DNA of 64,000 bases from Caldimicrobium sp. Its GTDB lineage: Bacteria > Desulfobacterota > Thermodesulfobacteria > Thermodesulfobacteriales > Thermodesulfobacteriaceae. Within the stretch, counting starts at the first letter, position 1. The number at the start of each line of letters is the position of its first letter. Of the stretch, positions 11,457 to 20,059 are shown one piece after another. Where the stretch lies: NCBI GenBank assembly GCA_037443245.1, contig JBBIOT010000001.1, forward strand, positions 436,572-500,571, written 5' to 3'. The notes below the pieces were generated by a model. It was not told the DNA's origin. It searched no databases and saw nothing but the letters and a program-made list of their open reading frames with translations. A program made the translations under genes and the position numbers.

Positions 11457-11484
11457 TTGGCAAAAAATATTTAAAAGTTAAAAT
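11457..11484 (+). promoter_or_regulatory. putative sigma-70 promoter of the ttcA-like gene
   Basis: TTGGCA, 16 nt, TAAAAT about 40 nt upstream of the ATG. Sequence match only. Confidence 0.3.
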
Positions 11485-11522
11485 ATTAAGCACATAATTT
11501 TTTATTTTGTTCGCCAATTAGC

Positions 11523-12296
11523 ATGGGTGCGCAAGAGAAGATAAAAAGATTGGTGGGGAAGGCAATTTTTGGTTATGATTTAATGACTAACGGGGATAAA
11601 ATTTTACTGGCCCTTTCTGGGGGTGAGGATAGCTTAGTGTTAGTTCATTTTTTAGCCCTGTGGAGGAAGAAAGTAAGGATAGAGGCCAAGATTGTTGCTG
11701 TTCATTTAGATATGGGCTTCCCTAAAGATGAAGGGGAATACGAAGAAAAAGTAAATCTTCTAAGAAATTTCTGTGGAGAAAGGGAGGTAGAATTTTTTTG
11801 GGAAAAAACAGATTTTGGCCTGCAAGCTATTAAAGCCTTTGACGAGGGGAAAGCTAATCCCTGTTTTGTCTGTTCCTGGCACCGGAGGAAAAGGCTTTTT
11901 AAACTGGCCGAAGAATTAGGGGCCAATAAAATTGCCTTTGGACATCATAAGGATGATGTGATAACCACCTTTTTCTTGAATCTTTTCTTTCATGGAGAGC
12001 TTTCTGCTCTTGTCCCCGCACAGGAAATGTTTAAAGGAAAACTCTACCTCATTAGACCTCTTTACTTCACGGAAAAATATTTAATTTCCATTTTTGTTTC
12101 CCAAATGAAATGGCCTGTCCTCCAAAATCCTTGTCCCTTCTCAAAAGAAACACACCGCCAAACCATCCAAAAACTTCTGGAAAATCACATCTATCCTTTA
12201 AATCCTAAAATTAAAAAAAGCATCTTTACCGCCATTTTTAACCCTCGGATAGATTATCTTCCTAAACCACCCAAAAAACGCTTTGCCAAGGACTAA
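11523..12296 (+). CDS. ttcA: tRNA 2-thiocytidine biosynthesis TtcA-like PP-loop ATPase
   Basis: 257 aa. PP-loop SGGEDS, CxxC in CFVCSW, and a second cysteine motif PCPF. Confidence 0.75.
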   Translation: MGAQEKIKRLVGKAIFGYDLMTNGDKILLALSGGEDSLVLVHFLALWRKKVRIEAKIVAVHLDMGFPKDEGEYEEKVNLLRNFCGEREVEFFWEKTDFGLQAIKAFDEGKANPCFVCSWHRRKRLFKLAEELGANKIAFGHHKDDVITTFFLNLFFHGELSALVPAQEMFKGKLYLIRPLYFTEKYLISIFVSQMKWPVLQNPCPFSKETHRQTIQKLLENHIYPLNPKIKKSIFTAIFNPRIDYLPKPPKKRFAKD

Positions 12297-12445
12297 TTTA
12301 ACCTTATAGCTCTTATTCTTTCCTTCTTAAGCCTTGCGATAATAAGTATTTTTTATTCCTCTAAGAAGATGTCCAAAAAATGCCACTGAACTCTTAATCC
12401 AGCACTAAGTATGTTCTTCAGTTTCCAATTTTTTATGTTTTAGTC

Positions 12446-12474
12446 TTGACTTTAATTTAGCAAGCGTTATTATA
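12446..12474 (+). promoter_or_regulatory. putative sigma-70 promoter of the 52-codon zinc-ribbon ORF
   Basis: TTGACT, 17 nt, ATTATA (or 16 nt, TATTAT) about 30 nt upstream of the ATG at 12506. A purine-rich SD (GGGGGGT AAGG) precedes the ATG. Confidence 0.4.
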
Positions 12475-12505
12475 CAAAAAAATTTAAAGCGTAGGGGGGT
12501 AAGGC

Positions 12506-12664
12506 ATGGCTATTTGGAAATGCAGCCAGTGTGGAGCCACCAAAGAATCAAAATGCAAACCCAGGAAATGCTCTTCCTGTGGGGCCTCGGATACGATGAC
12601 TAAAGCAAAAGAAGGAGGCCAAACCACCTGCCAGAGCAAGGGGCGGAAATGTAAAAAATCTTAA
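12506..12664 (+). CDS. small zinc-ribbon protein (52 aa, below the ORF-track cut-off)
   Basis: Hand translation: MAIWKCSQCGATKESKCKPRKCSSCGASDTMTKAKEGGQTTCQSKGRKCKKS. Two CxxC knuckles and a lysine-rich tail. It has its own promoter-like and SD-like elements, and its composition resembles the core genome. Confidence 0.5.
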   Translation: MAIWKCSQCGATKESKCKPRKCSSCGASDTMTKAKEGGQTTCQSKGRKCKKS

Positions 12665-12679
12665 ATTCTGCCTTTTAGC

Positions 12680-12698
12680 AAGCTTCCCGAGGAAGCTT
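12680..12698 (+). terminator. perfect 8-bp hairpin downstream of the small ORF
   Basis: AAGCTTCC-cga-GGAAGCTT lies 16 nt after the stop. There is no U tract, so it is only a possible terminator or processing hairpin. Confidence 0.25.
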
Positions 12699-12929
12699 AG
12701 AGGTAACTCCTTCACATTCTTCAAAAATAAACCCTTCAGAAAGGAACTATTTCCTATAAACCATCAGGTCAATCTTTTGTTCGTAGTTAAGGCTTTTGGA
12801 TGAGTGAATCCATCCCTTTATAGCTTAAAAAAATGGATTTTGATAATAGGCAATCTTACTTGATTTGAGGCTCCATTTCAAAAGTTTATTTTGGACAGAG
12901 GTGAAGTTCTTCAAGATATTTCCGAATTT

Positions 12930-15900
12930 TTATTCATTACTGCCTCCTTCAATAATTTTTATTTCTTCCTTTGTCAAACCATAAAGCTTATAAACCAACT
13001 GGTCAATCTGGTGTTCGTATTCTTTGACCTTTTCCTGCTTTTGGGGATTTTCAAGGTAGTCTTCGGATTGGGTGAGGTAGAGGATTTCGTCAACGAGCTT
13101 TTCTATTTGTTTTGCTATGTGCTGGTTTTGGGAAGTGATGGGAGGGATGGGAAATCTTCCTATGAATTCACCCTTTATTTCTCCTTCAATCCCTCCACCC
13201 ATATAAAACTTGTAAAATGAGAATTCAAAGAGTTTTGAACTAAAAATACCAAGCAAGAATTTTAAATTAGCCCCAGTTATAAAATGTGTAGTAGCTTCGC
13301 AATAAAAACCAGGTTCAACTAATGCAAATTTTGGACTTTGTGTTACTCTTTGCCACACAATTTTTTCTTTTTCAAATTCGGGGTAGTAATCACAAGGTCT
13401 TAATTCCCACCAGTAATCGCCTTGGTCATCACGGTTAAATAGTCCTTTGCCTTTTCCTTTAACTTTGCCATATTGAATTAGATGATTGTAAATTGCTGGG
13501 TATGTCCGCTTAAAAAATTCCTCTGGATTTATTCTGCCTCTATTCTTATTTGTCCAGCCTGATTCTATTTTGATGAGCCACAACCCAGCCCATTTGTAGT
13601 AGTACCTTCCAATGTCCCTCCCTCTTAAAATAGGTTTTATTATCTCCTCTGTTCTTTTCCTTTCTTCTTCTGTCTTGCAATTGGCAAGAATTTTATTTCT
13701 CGTTTCAGTATCAATAATAAATGCCTCGTTGTATCCTGTTTTAATACCAAAATAAATCTTTACATTCCATTCTTTTAATGGTTTGCCCATGCGTTCAATT
13801 TTTTCTTTAAGGTTTAAAACTTTTTCATCGGCAAGAGTCCAGCATTTATCATCAAGTTTTTTTTGTGGGATGAAGTTATAGCTATTTTCAATGTATGAGA
13901 TTAAATCCTCCCTAGGTGGCAGTGAATTTACATTTACAAATTTGACTTTAGATGAAGGAATGCCTGAGCTACTTTTTTTCTTGAAAAGAATTATATTTGT
14001 GTCAACAGTCTGTTCAAATACAGGATAACCTCCAAAGTCAATAATTAGCAAAACTTCTGAATCCTCCTTAAGAAGCTTTCTTAATTTTTCCCCATACTTT
14101 GCCCTCATCCATTTGTTGCTTGATATGAAACAGATAAAGCCATTTTGCTTGGAAATTTGCCATGCTTTTTCATAGAAATATGTATAAAGATCCGATGTGC
14201 TGTTATATACTCTATATCCTGCTTTTTGAAGAACAGGCTTTATATACTTTATTCTTTCCTGCCTGACATACGGCGGATTTGCAATTACAATATCAAAGCC
14301 TCCTTTTTGATGAAACACTTCTGAAAAATAAACCTCAAAGTCAAATTCCTTGTGTCCCTTTGTTATTTCGTAAATCAATTTATCAATTTCATTTTTAAGT
14401 TGTTGTTTTTTGGTAGGGTTTGTTTCATTAAAGTATTGAGGCTTTAATTTTTCAAGTTTTGAAAAAGCGCTCTGATTGAATAAGTCCTTTTCAACTCCCA
14501 AAAGAGAATTCCCACAAACTACTTTATAATCAAGGTTTGGGAGTGGTTTTATGTTATAAAAATCTCCTTCATCTACAATCATTGAAAGCCAAAATCTCAA
14601 CTTACAAATTTCAACTGCTCCTGGGTCTATATCAACACCATAAAGAGAGTTTTCAATACAGTGCCGTTTTAGGTCGTATGGGTTTATCTTCTGTCCTGTA
14701 TAAACAGAAAGCAATTGTCTTAGTTTCACTATCTCGTGCATCATACCTATTGGAAATGCACCTGAACCCACTGCAGGGTCACAAACTTTTATATCAGCAA
14801 GAAGATTATCAATATGTGTGGCATTCTGTCTTATACTCTCGGGGAGTTGGTGCTTATAATCTCTTGTTTCTTTTCCTTTTTCTATAACTCTGGCTTCATT
14901 TTCTATTATAAGCTCTGCGTATTTTATGAATTTTTCTATATCTTCTCTGTTAGCATTACCTGATAGTTCATTTTCCAGATAATAAATTAAACTCTGCTGA
15001 CACATATAATGCACTATTTCTCTTGGTGTATAGTAAACACCATATTCTTTGTTGAACTTTGTCTCTTCTCCTTTTTTGCCAGATTTTAAAACCTGCACAT
15101 ATTCATCAAAGTTATCAGATCTAATTGCGTTTAGTTTTTCATAAATTTTTCCAAGAAGTTCTGGGTCAAGTGCAACTTCTTTTTCAAGTGGCTCTTCTTC
15201 GTTTACAGTAAAGTTATATCTATCAAATACATCCAGTATTCCATCACCAATATCACCTTCTTTTGTTCTATTTTTATTTGAAAAGAGTTCGTTTGGAAGA
15301 AGTATGTCAGTATTTACCCAATCATAATTATTTATTGGATCAAATAGTCCACCATTCAAAAATGGAATTTTGCAATTAAACCTGCTGTAATAATGGTCAT
15401 CTGCGCTTCTATCAGTCCTTAACGCTTCATAAAATAGTGGTTCAAGGATATCGTTAAAGAAATTTTTATAATCTCCAAATTCTTTATTAAACAACCTTCT
15501 AATAAAATCCTTTGGACCTGTTCCCCATGGTTTTCCCTTTTCAACCCCAAACCATCCCTTCTTCTGAAGGAAATATAAAAATACAATCTGACCTAAAAGT
15601 TTTTTTGCAAAGTCAACGGTATTTATGTTTTTGGATTCAAATTCTTTTTTCACCTTTGTATCTTTGTGAACAATCTTATCAAGTTCTAATTTCGTTCTTA
15701 TAAAAAGGTCTCTATATTTTTTGAAGAATTCTTCTGAAACAACCTCAATATCAAATGCCTTTTCTAAATCTTCAAGGGTAGGTCTAAAGTCATCATTTGC
15801 AAGTATTGGAAGGAACCTACTTTGTGCGGTATGGCTTTTTTCATTTTTCCCAACAAGAAAAGACCATCTTCTTGCTGGTGTAAACTCTTCTTTTACTTTA

Positions 15901-16322
15901 ATCTTGCCGGTGGGTGTTTCTTCAAAGCGATAATCCATCTTGACAAGAGAGAATCTCCAGTCCTCAGAAGTAGGCGAGACAAAGGCGACAAGCGCAGCAT
16001 CTTTTAATTTTCCGCCTCTACTTCCTTTTAAATACCATGCAGTGAAGTTTCTTTGCATTGTTCTTGCACGCTCAAGAGAAGTTTCTTTTTTAAGAGTCAC
16101 AATTAGCAAATCAATCTCTTTATCATCGTAAGTATACTTTCCAACCCTTTCTAACGAACCGATGTATTTTTCAAAAGCATCAGGGATGTAATTGCCTTGA
16201 TAAACGAATGTTTTCTCCTCAAAAGATTTTAAGAGATTTTTTAGAAAAGTTATAAATTGAGTCTTATCAAACGGATTTTCAAAAGTGTTAATTACGAGTC
16301 TTTTTGCCTGTTCTCTATCCAT
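12930..16322 (-). CDS. Eco57I-like gamma-class N6-adenine DNA methyltransferase with fused TaqI-like target-recognition domain
   Basis: 1130 aa. Motif order is YYTPREIV (X), CDPAVGSGAFP (I, SAM) and IANPPYV (IV). The C-terminal FGIKTGYNEAFII block is typical of the TaqI-like specificity domain. The function of the roughly 190-aa N-terminal domain is unclear. Confidence 0.85.
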   Translation of the reverse strand: MDREQAKRLVINTFENPFDKTQFITFLKNLLKSFEEKTFVYQGNYIPDAFEKYIGSLERVGKYTYDDKEIDLLIVTLKKETSLERARTMQRNFTAWYLKGSRGGKLKDAALVAFVSPTSEDWRFSLVKMDYRFEETPTGKIKVKEEFTPARRWSFLVGKNEKSHTAQSRFLPILANDDFRPTLEDLEKAFDIEVVSEEFFKKYRDLFIRTKLELDKIVHKDTKVKKEFESKNINTVDFAKKLLGQIVFLYFLQKKGWFGVEKGKPWGTGPKDFIRRLFNKEFGDYKNFFNDILEPLFYEALRTDRSADDHYYSRFNCKIPFLNGGLFDPINNYDWVNTDILLPNELFSNKNRTKEGDIGDGILDVFDRYNFTVNEEEPLEKEVALDPELLGKIYEKLNAIRSDNFDEYVQVLKSGKKGEETKFNKEYGVYYTPREIVHYMCQQSLIYYLENELSGNANREDIEKFIKYAELIIENEARVIEKGKETRDYKHQLPESIRQNATHIDNLLADIKVCDPAVGSGAFPIGMMHEIVKLRQLLSVYTGQKINPYDLKRHCIENSLYGVDIDPGAVEICKLRFWLSMIVDEGDFYNIKPLPNLDYKVVCGNSLLGVEKDLFNQSAFSKLEKLKPQYFNETNPTKKQQLKNEIDKLIYEITKGHKEFDFEVYFSEVFHQKGGFDIVIANPPYVRQERIKYIKPVLQKAGYRVYNSTSDLYTYFYEKAWQISKQNGFICFISSNKWMRAKYGEKLRKLLKEDSEVLLIIDFGGYPVFEQTVDTNIILFKKKSSSGIPSSKVKFVNVNSLPPREDLISYIENSYNFIPQKKLDDKCWTLADEKVLNLKEKIERMGKPLKEWNVKIYFGIKTGYNEAFIIDTETRNKILANCKTEEERKRTEEIIKPILRGRDIGRYYYKWAGLWLIKIESGWTNKNRGRINPEEFFKRTYPAIYNHLIQYGKVKGKGKGLFNRDDQGDYWWELRPCDYYPEFEKEKIVWQRVTQSPKFALVEPGFYCEATTHFITGANLKFLLGIFSSKLFEFSFYKFYMGGGIEGEIKGEFIGRFPIPPITSQNQHIAKQIEKLVDEILYLTQSEDYLENPQKQEKVKEYEHQIDQLVYKLYGLTKEEIKIIEGGSNE

Positions 16323-16416
16323 TCTTTTAACCTCAATTTATTTCTTACGAACTCTCTTACTTTTTCTGCAATTTCTATTGCTTCCTTTGTAATCTAATTT
16401 TTTACAGTCTCTTCAT
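16323..16416 (-). pseudogene. HEPN gene relic (internal deletion)
   Basis: An ATGA overlap with the MNT stop gives only MKRL-stop. Another frame reads ITKEAIEIAEKVREFVRNKL, which resembles the C-terminal tail of HEPN partners and the tail of the second relic at 22198-22350. No Rx4-6H motif is left. Confidence 0.35.
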
Positions 16417-16751
16417 TCATAGATTCTTATTCCTTCTTTAATAACATAATGTGTTAAGTAACCCACATCGTTTATTCTTTTTTCTACTACAGATTGTGAT
16501 TGAATAATTATATCATTTGGAAATCTCAACTCAGCTAATTTTTTTCTTATTTGAGCATTGAGTTTCCTTTTACGACTGAAGTCTACATCTTTATCAACAA
16601 CAACATAAAAGTCCCAGTCGCTATCCTTGGTATAATTTCCTTTTGCTCTACTGCCAAAAAGATATATCACCTTTACTTCCAGTCCGAACTTATTAGTTTC
16701 TTCAAGGATTATTTGTTTTGCTATCTCAATTTCTTTTTCCATTTTCACCAT
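16413..16751 (-). CDS. minimal nucleotidyltransferase (MNT, antitoxin-type)
   Basis: 112 aa with motif LFGSRAKGN...DSDWDF (GS...DxD). The ATG lies 2 nt after the helicase stop codon. Confidence 0.8.
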   Translation of the reverse strand: MVKMEKEIEIAKQIILEETNKFGLEVKVIYLFGSRAKGNYTKDSDWDFYVVVDKDVDFSRKRKLNAQIRKKLAELRFPNDIIIQSQSVVEKRINDVGYLTHYVIKEGIRIYE

Positions 16752-16753
16752 CT

Positions 16754-19700
16754 TTATTCGTTAATTTCCTTTGCTAAATAAAGTGATAATATAACTTCCC
16801 TTTTTCCTTCAGTGGAAGCAGAAGTTTCTGCATAGTGACTTTTTAGAAATGCAGGTGAGATTTCTCTTTGGAGAACGCCAAGAACTTTTAATGGATTGTC
16901 TATCTCTTTTTCAAGTTTGTTTAATGCCTTTAAAACTTTTTGAACTGTTTTTTTGGGAAATGCACCTTGTTCAAGTCGGTTTATAAGTTCTTTAAGATAT
17001 TCTTCCTGCTCTTCAGTAAATTGTTTGCTATTTTTTTGGGTTACCTTTAGGATTTTTAGAAGTTTAGAATAACTGTCAGAACCGCCACGCCTACGGGTGT
17101 CAATAATCTCTTCAATAGTTGCATTAAAAAACGCAGTTTTATTCTTATCAAGAAGTTCATAGTAATCTTCAAGAGGTAGTTTTGCTCTTTTTTCGTCTGG
17201 TGAACACTCAAGTATCCTTGCGGCGGTAAGGAAATCAAGCTCTATTGTTCGCTTACTTTTGCTATCCGTAAAGAAGAATTTCATTAACTTACCTTTCCTA
17301 AAGAAAGTAATTAAAGAATTAGGAGGAGCGATATCTTTTAGAGATTGGGAATACAACTTTGCAGAACGAGCCTTCTTTGGAAGTCGCTTTATCTTTTCAA
17401 AGAGTTCAGGATTGTTATCGCGAATATCTTCAATAATTCTTAAATACTTAAGTTCACTTTCTTCTTCTTCATCTTCTATAATGGTTTTCTTTGAAAGTAG
17501 TTTATCAAATAGCTCATGAGAGGTAACAGGTTCACCTTCAGTAAGTATTGCGCTATCACTGCCAAGCAATGTTAAAAATGCTTCTATTTTTGAACGAGCA
17601 ATTTTTGTAAGTTCAATTTCAGAATCTGCTTGTTTTGTCGGGAAAAAAGTGAAAGTGTAAATTTTGTCAAACGGGGTATCTATTCTGTTAATCCTTCCTA
17701 CCCTTTGTATTAATCTTGTTGGATTCCAGGGTATATCATAATTTATCACGATATTTGACCTGTGGAGATTAACGCCTTCAGAAAGAACTTCGGTTGAGAC
17801 AAGAATTCTATAATCATCTTTTTTATTTTTTGCCCTTGCATCAAAGTTTTCTATGACTCTGTCCCTCACTTCTTCAGGTGAACTACCATGAAATAGAAGG
17901 GCAATTTTACCAAATTTATTATTTATATTTTCAGTCAAATACTCTGCAGTTTCTTTTGACTCTGTAAAGATGATTATTTTCTTATTTTTTAGGATTGGGT
18001 TATTTCTTAATTCATTTAGCAAGGTCTCAAGTTTTGGGTCCCTTTCTACAGATTGCCACTTTAACTTTATTTGTTTTAAAATCTCTAAGTCATTCGTTAG
18101 GGCTTGTTCAAAGTCAGGTCTAAAATCTTGGCTGTTATATCTTTCTGCTTTTCCTTCTTCAATAACTTTCTGAACTGCTTCATCATCTCCTTGATCCAAA
18201 AGCTCAAAAATCTTGTTTATGTATCCTTTACTTATATAAACATTTCCCCTTTCATATTCTTTAATAAACATTTCATAGGAACGGATGAACCTGTCAATGC
18301 TTTTTCTGAATGCATAAAAACTACTTTCCAGCCTTTTTACAAGGAGAACCTTCATAAAACCGCCCATATTTCTTTGAGATTGTGCTTCCAGTGGGGAAAT
18401 TAGTTTCTTTAAATAAAGTAATGGCATATAACGAGCATATTTGAATTTCTGTGTTATTAACTCTACTGTCTCCATAAAAATTTTGTCTTCTTCATCGTTC
18501 AATTGGTAATAAAAAGGTTTTGGGTCTTCTACTTCTGGAAATTTGACATTGTTTTTCCTTAAGTCCTCTGCAAAATATTTTTCAATCTCATTTCTTGTTC
18601 TTCTAACCATTATGTATTTCAAAACTTTATCGCGAATCTTTTTTGCATTATTTCTTACTCTTTCAAGATACTGATCATAATTGTTAACACGGTCAACTTC
18701 TTTTAATTCACTCTCAAGTCTTTTAAAAAAATCTTCAAGATTAGGTAATCCAGGAATTGTGCTTTTTCTTACATTCTGAAAAAGTTTAATCTGTGCAAGA
18801 ATATCCATGGGTGAGTTATTATAAGGAGTTGCAGAGACCAAAATTACTCTTTTCCCACGACAAATTTCAGCAATTGCTTCATAACTAATAGTTGTCTCTG
18901 TTCTGAAACGATGGGATTCGTCTATGATGATATTTTTATATTCTCTTTGTTCAATAAGTCTTTTTGCCTCATCAAGTTTTCCTGTTGAAACAAATTCAGC
19001 AGGAATATGAAAATCTGAAAAAACATTTGGCCATGACCCAGGATTATTTTTATTAAGTAGCGATGGTGGTGCTATGACAAGGGTTCTACCATCAAGTTGT
19101 CCAGCAAGCATTGCACAAATATAGGTTTTTCCGAGTCCTACCACATCTGAGATAAAAACTCCGCCATATTCCTCTAATATCTTCTTTGCATTCAAAACTG
19201 CTTGCTCTTGATATTCAAATCTTTTGAAACCATAAGGCAAATATTTTATAAAAACTTCATCAGTTCTTGTGAGTTCATCCTTAAAATATTCGTATAAGAA
19301 TTTAAGATAAAGCTCATAAGGGGTGATATTTTGATTTAACCAGGTTCTTTCATTTATTGTTTGAACATACTTTTCACTAACATCAACTGCATCCTTCCAT
19401 AATTCTTCAAATTTATTCTTTGCAAACTCATAATCGGCCCTGTTCTTTAGTTCCACATTGAATTCAAGGTTGTCCTCTAATCCAGATTGGGTAAAATTGC
19501 TTGAACCTGTTATAACCCTTCCTACATCCCTATCACCTTCTTTAAAAGTTATAATATATAATTTTGCATGAATATTTTGAGACTGATAAGCCCTTATCTC
19601 CAGTTTCCCTTCTTTTATCCATTCAATAAACTTTTGCACGCCTTTTTCAACATCTGGACTATCCTCTGAATCCGCCATTTCATACTCTATGGCGTTTCCA

Positions 19701-20017
19701 ATTTTTTGTTTTACCTCTGCATGAGAGAATTGAGAAGAACTTAGGGACTGATTTTGTCCCATTTTCATCAATTCGTAAGTTTCCCTTGATGTCCCAATCC
19801 CAATAAGAATTCTTATTTTCTCAGTGTTTTGCAGGGCTTTGTACAAGGCATGAAATCCACTTACATAAAAAAAAGCAACAAGACAATCAAAGAACTTACA
19901 ATCTTTAATTAGTTGCTCAAATCTATTCTTGAGTGTCTGACCAGGTTCATTTACTATAAATGTTAAATCTAAAGGTGGCTTTTCATTTTTAGACAAATCT
20001 CCAACATCCCGTGCCAT
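16754..20017 (-). CDS. PLD(HKD)-nuclease / SF2 (SNF2-like) helicase fusion protein
   Basis: 1087 aa. A single N-terminal HKD motif, NIHAKLYII...VITGSSNFTQSGL. Helicase motifs I DVVGLGKT, II IIIDESHRF, III LVSATPYNN, V LSEGVNLH and VI QRVGRINR. I recognise no motif in the roughly 300-aa C-terminal region. Confidence 0.85.
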   Translation of the reverse strand: MARDVGDLSKNEKPPLDLTFIVNEPGQTLKNRFEQLIKDCKFFDCLVAFFYVSGFHALYKALQNTEKIRILIGIGTSRETYELMKMGQNQSLSSSQFSHAEVKQKIGNAIEYEMADSEDSPDVEKGVQKFIEWIKEGKLEIRAYQSQNIHAKLYIITFKEGDRDVGRVITGSSNFTQSGLEDNLEFNVELKNRADYEFAKNKFEELWKDAVDVSEKYVQTINERTWLNQNITPYELYLKFLYEYFKDELTRTDEVFIKYLPYGFKRFEYQEQAVLNAKKILEEYGGVFISDVVGLGKTYICAMLAGQLDGRTLVIAPPSLLNKNNPGSWPNVFSDFHIPAEFVSTGKLDEAKRLIEQREYKNIIIDESHRFRTETTISYEAIAEICRGKRVILVSATPYNNSPMDILAQIKLFQNVRKSTIPGLPNLEDFFKRLESELKEVDRVNNYDQYLERVRNNAKKIRDKVLKYIMVRRTRNEIEKYFAEDLRKNNVKFPEVEDPKPFYYQLNDEEDKIFMETVELITQKFKYARYMPLLYLKKLISPLEAQSQRNMGGFMKVLLVKRLESSFYAFRKSIDRFIRSYEMFIKEYERGNVYISKGYINKIFELLDQGDDEAVQKVIEEGKAERYNSQDFRPDFEQALTNDLEILKQIKLKWQSVERDPKLETLLNELRNNPILKNKKIIIFTESKETAEYLTENINNKFGKIALLFHGSSPEEVRDRVIENFDARAKNKKDDYRILVSTEVLSEGVNLHRSNIVINYDIPWNPTRLIQRVGRINRIDTPFDKIYTFTFFPTKQADSEIELTKIARSKIEAFLTLLGSDSAILTEGEPVTSHELFDKLLSKKTIIEDEEEESELKYLRIIEDIRDNNPELFEKIKRLPKKARSAKLYSQSLKDIAPPNSLITFFRKGKLMKFFFTDSKSKRTIELDFLTAARILECSPDEKRAKLPLEDYYELLDKNKTAFFNATIEEIIDTRRRGGSDSYSKLLKILKVTQKNSKQFTEEQEEYLKELINRLEQGAFPKKTVQKVLKALNKLEKEIDNPLKVLGVLQREISPAFLKSHYAETSASTEGKREVILSLYLAKEINE

Positions 20018-20059
20018 AATTAATTTCTCCTAGCTTCTTTACGGTATCCTCATCACTGC

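Noticed and set aside
12680-12698. The hairpin as a bona fide intrinsic terminator.
   Set aside because: The stem is perfect, but no U tract follows. I kept it only as a low-confidence feature.
12891-13220. Plus-strand 109-aa ORF at the 3' end of the methyltransferase gene. Similar antisense ORFs occur at 14537-14887, 15512-16131, 17259-17519 and 17970-18403.
   Set aside because: All lie entirely within the long minus-strand ORFs that carry clear catalytic motifs. Their translations are low-complexity F/L/S-rich, as expected for shadows of AT-rich coding sequence.
15750-16322. An active PD-(D/E)xK nuclease in the methyltransferase N-terminal domain, as in MmeI/Eco57I-type IIG enzymes.
   Set aside because: The best candidate segment, IDLLIVTLKKE, has T-L-K where E-x-K would be needed, and I could not find a convincing D...(D/E)xK triad by eye. 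The question remains open for HHpred.
12930-20017. Calling the helicase-methyltransferase pair BREX (PglX) or DISARM.
   Set aside because: No PglZ, BrxA/B/C or BrxL, and no DrmA (DUF1998-associated helicase) or DrmB, is present anywhere in the window. Only partial domain similarity remains.
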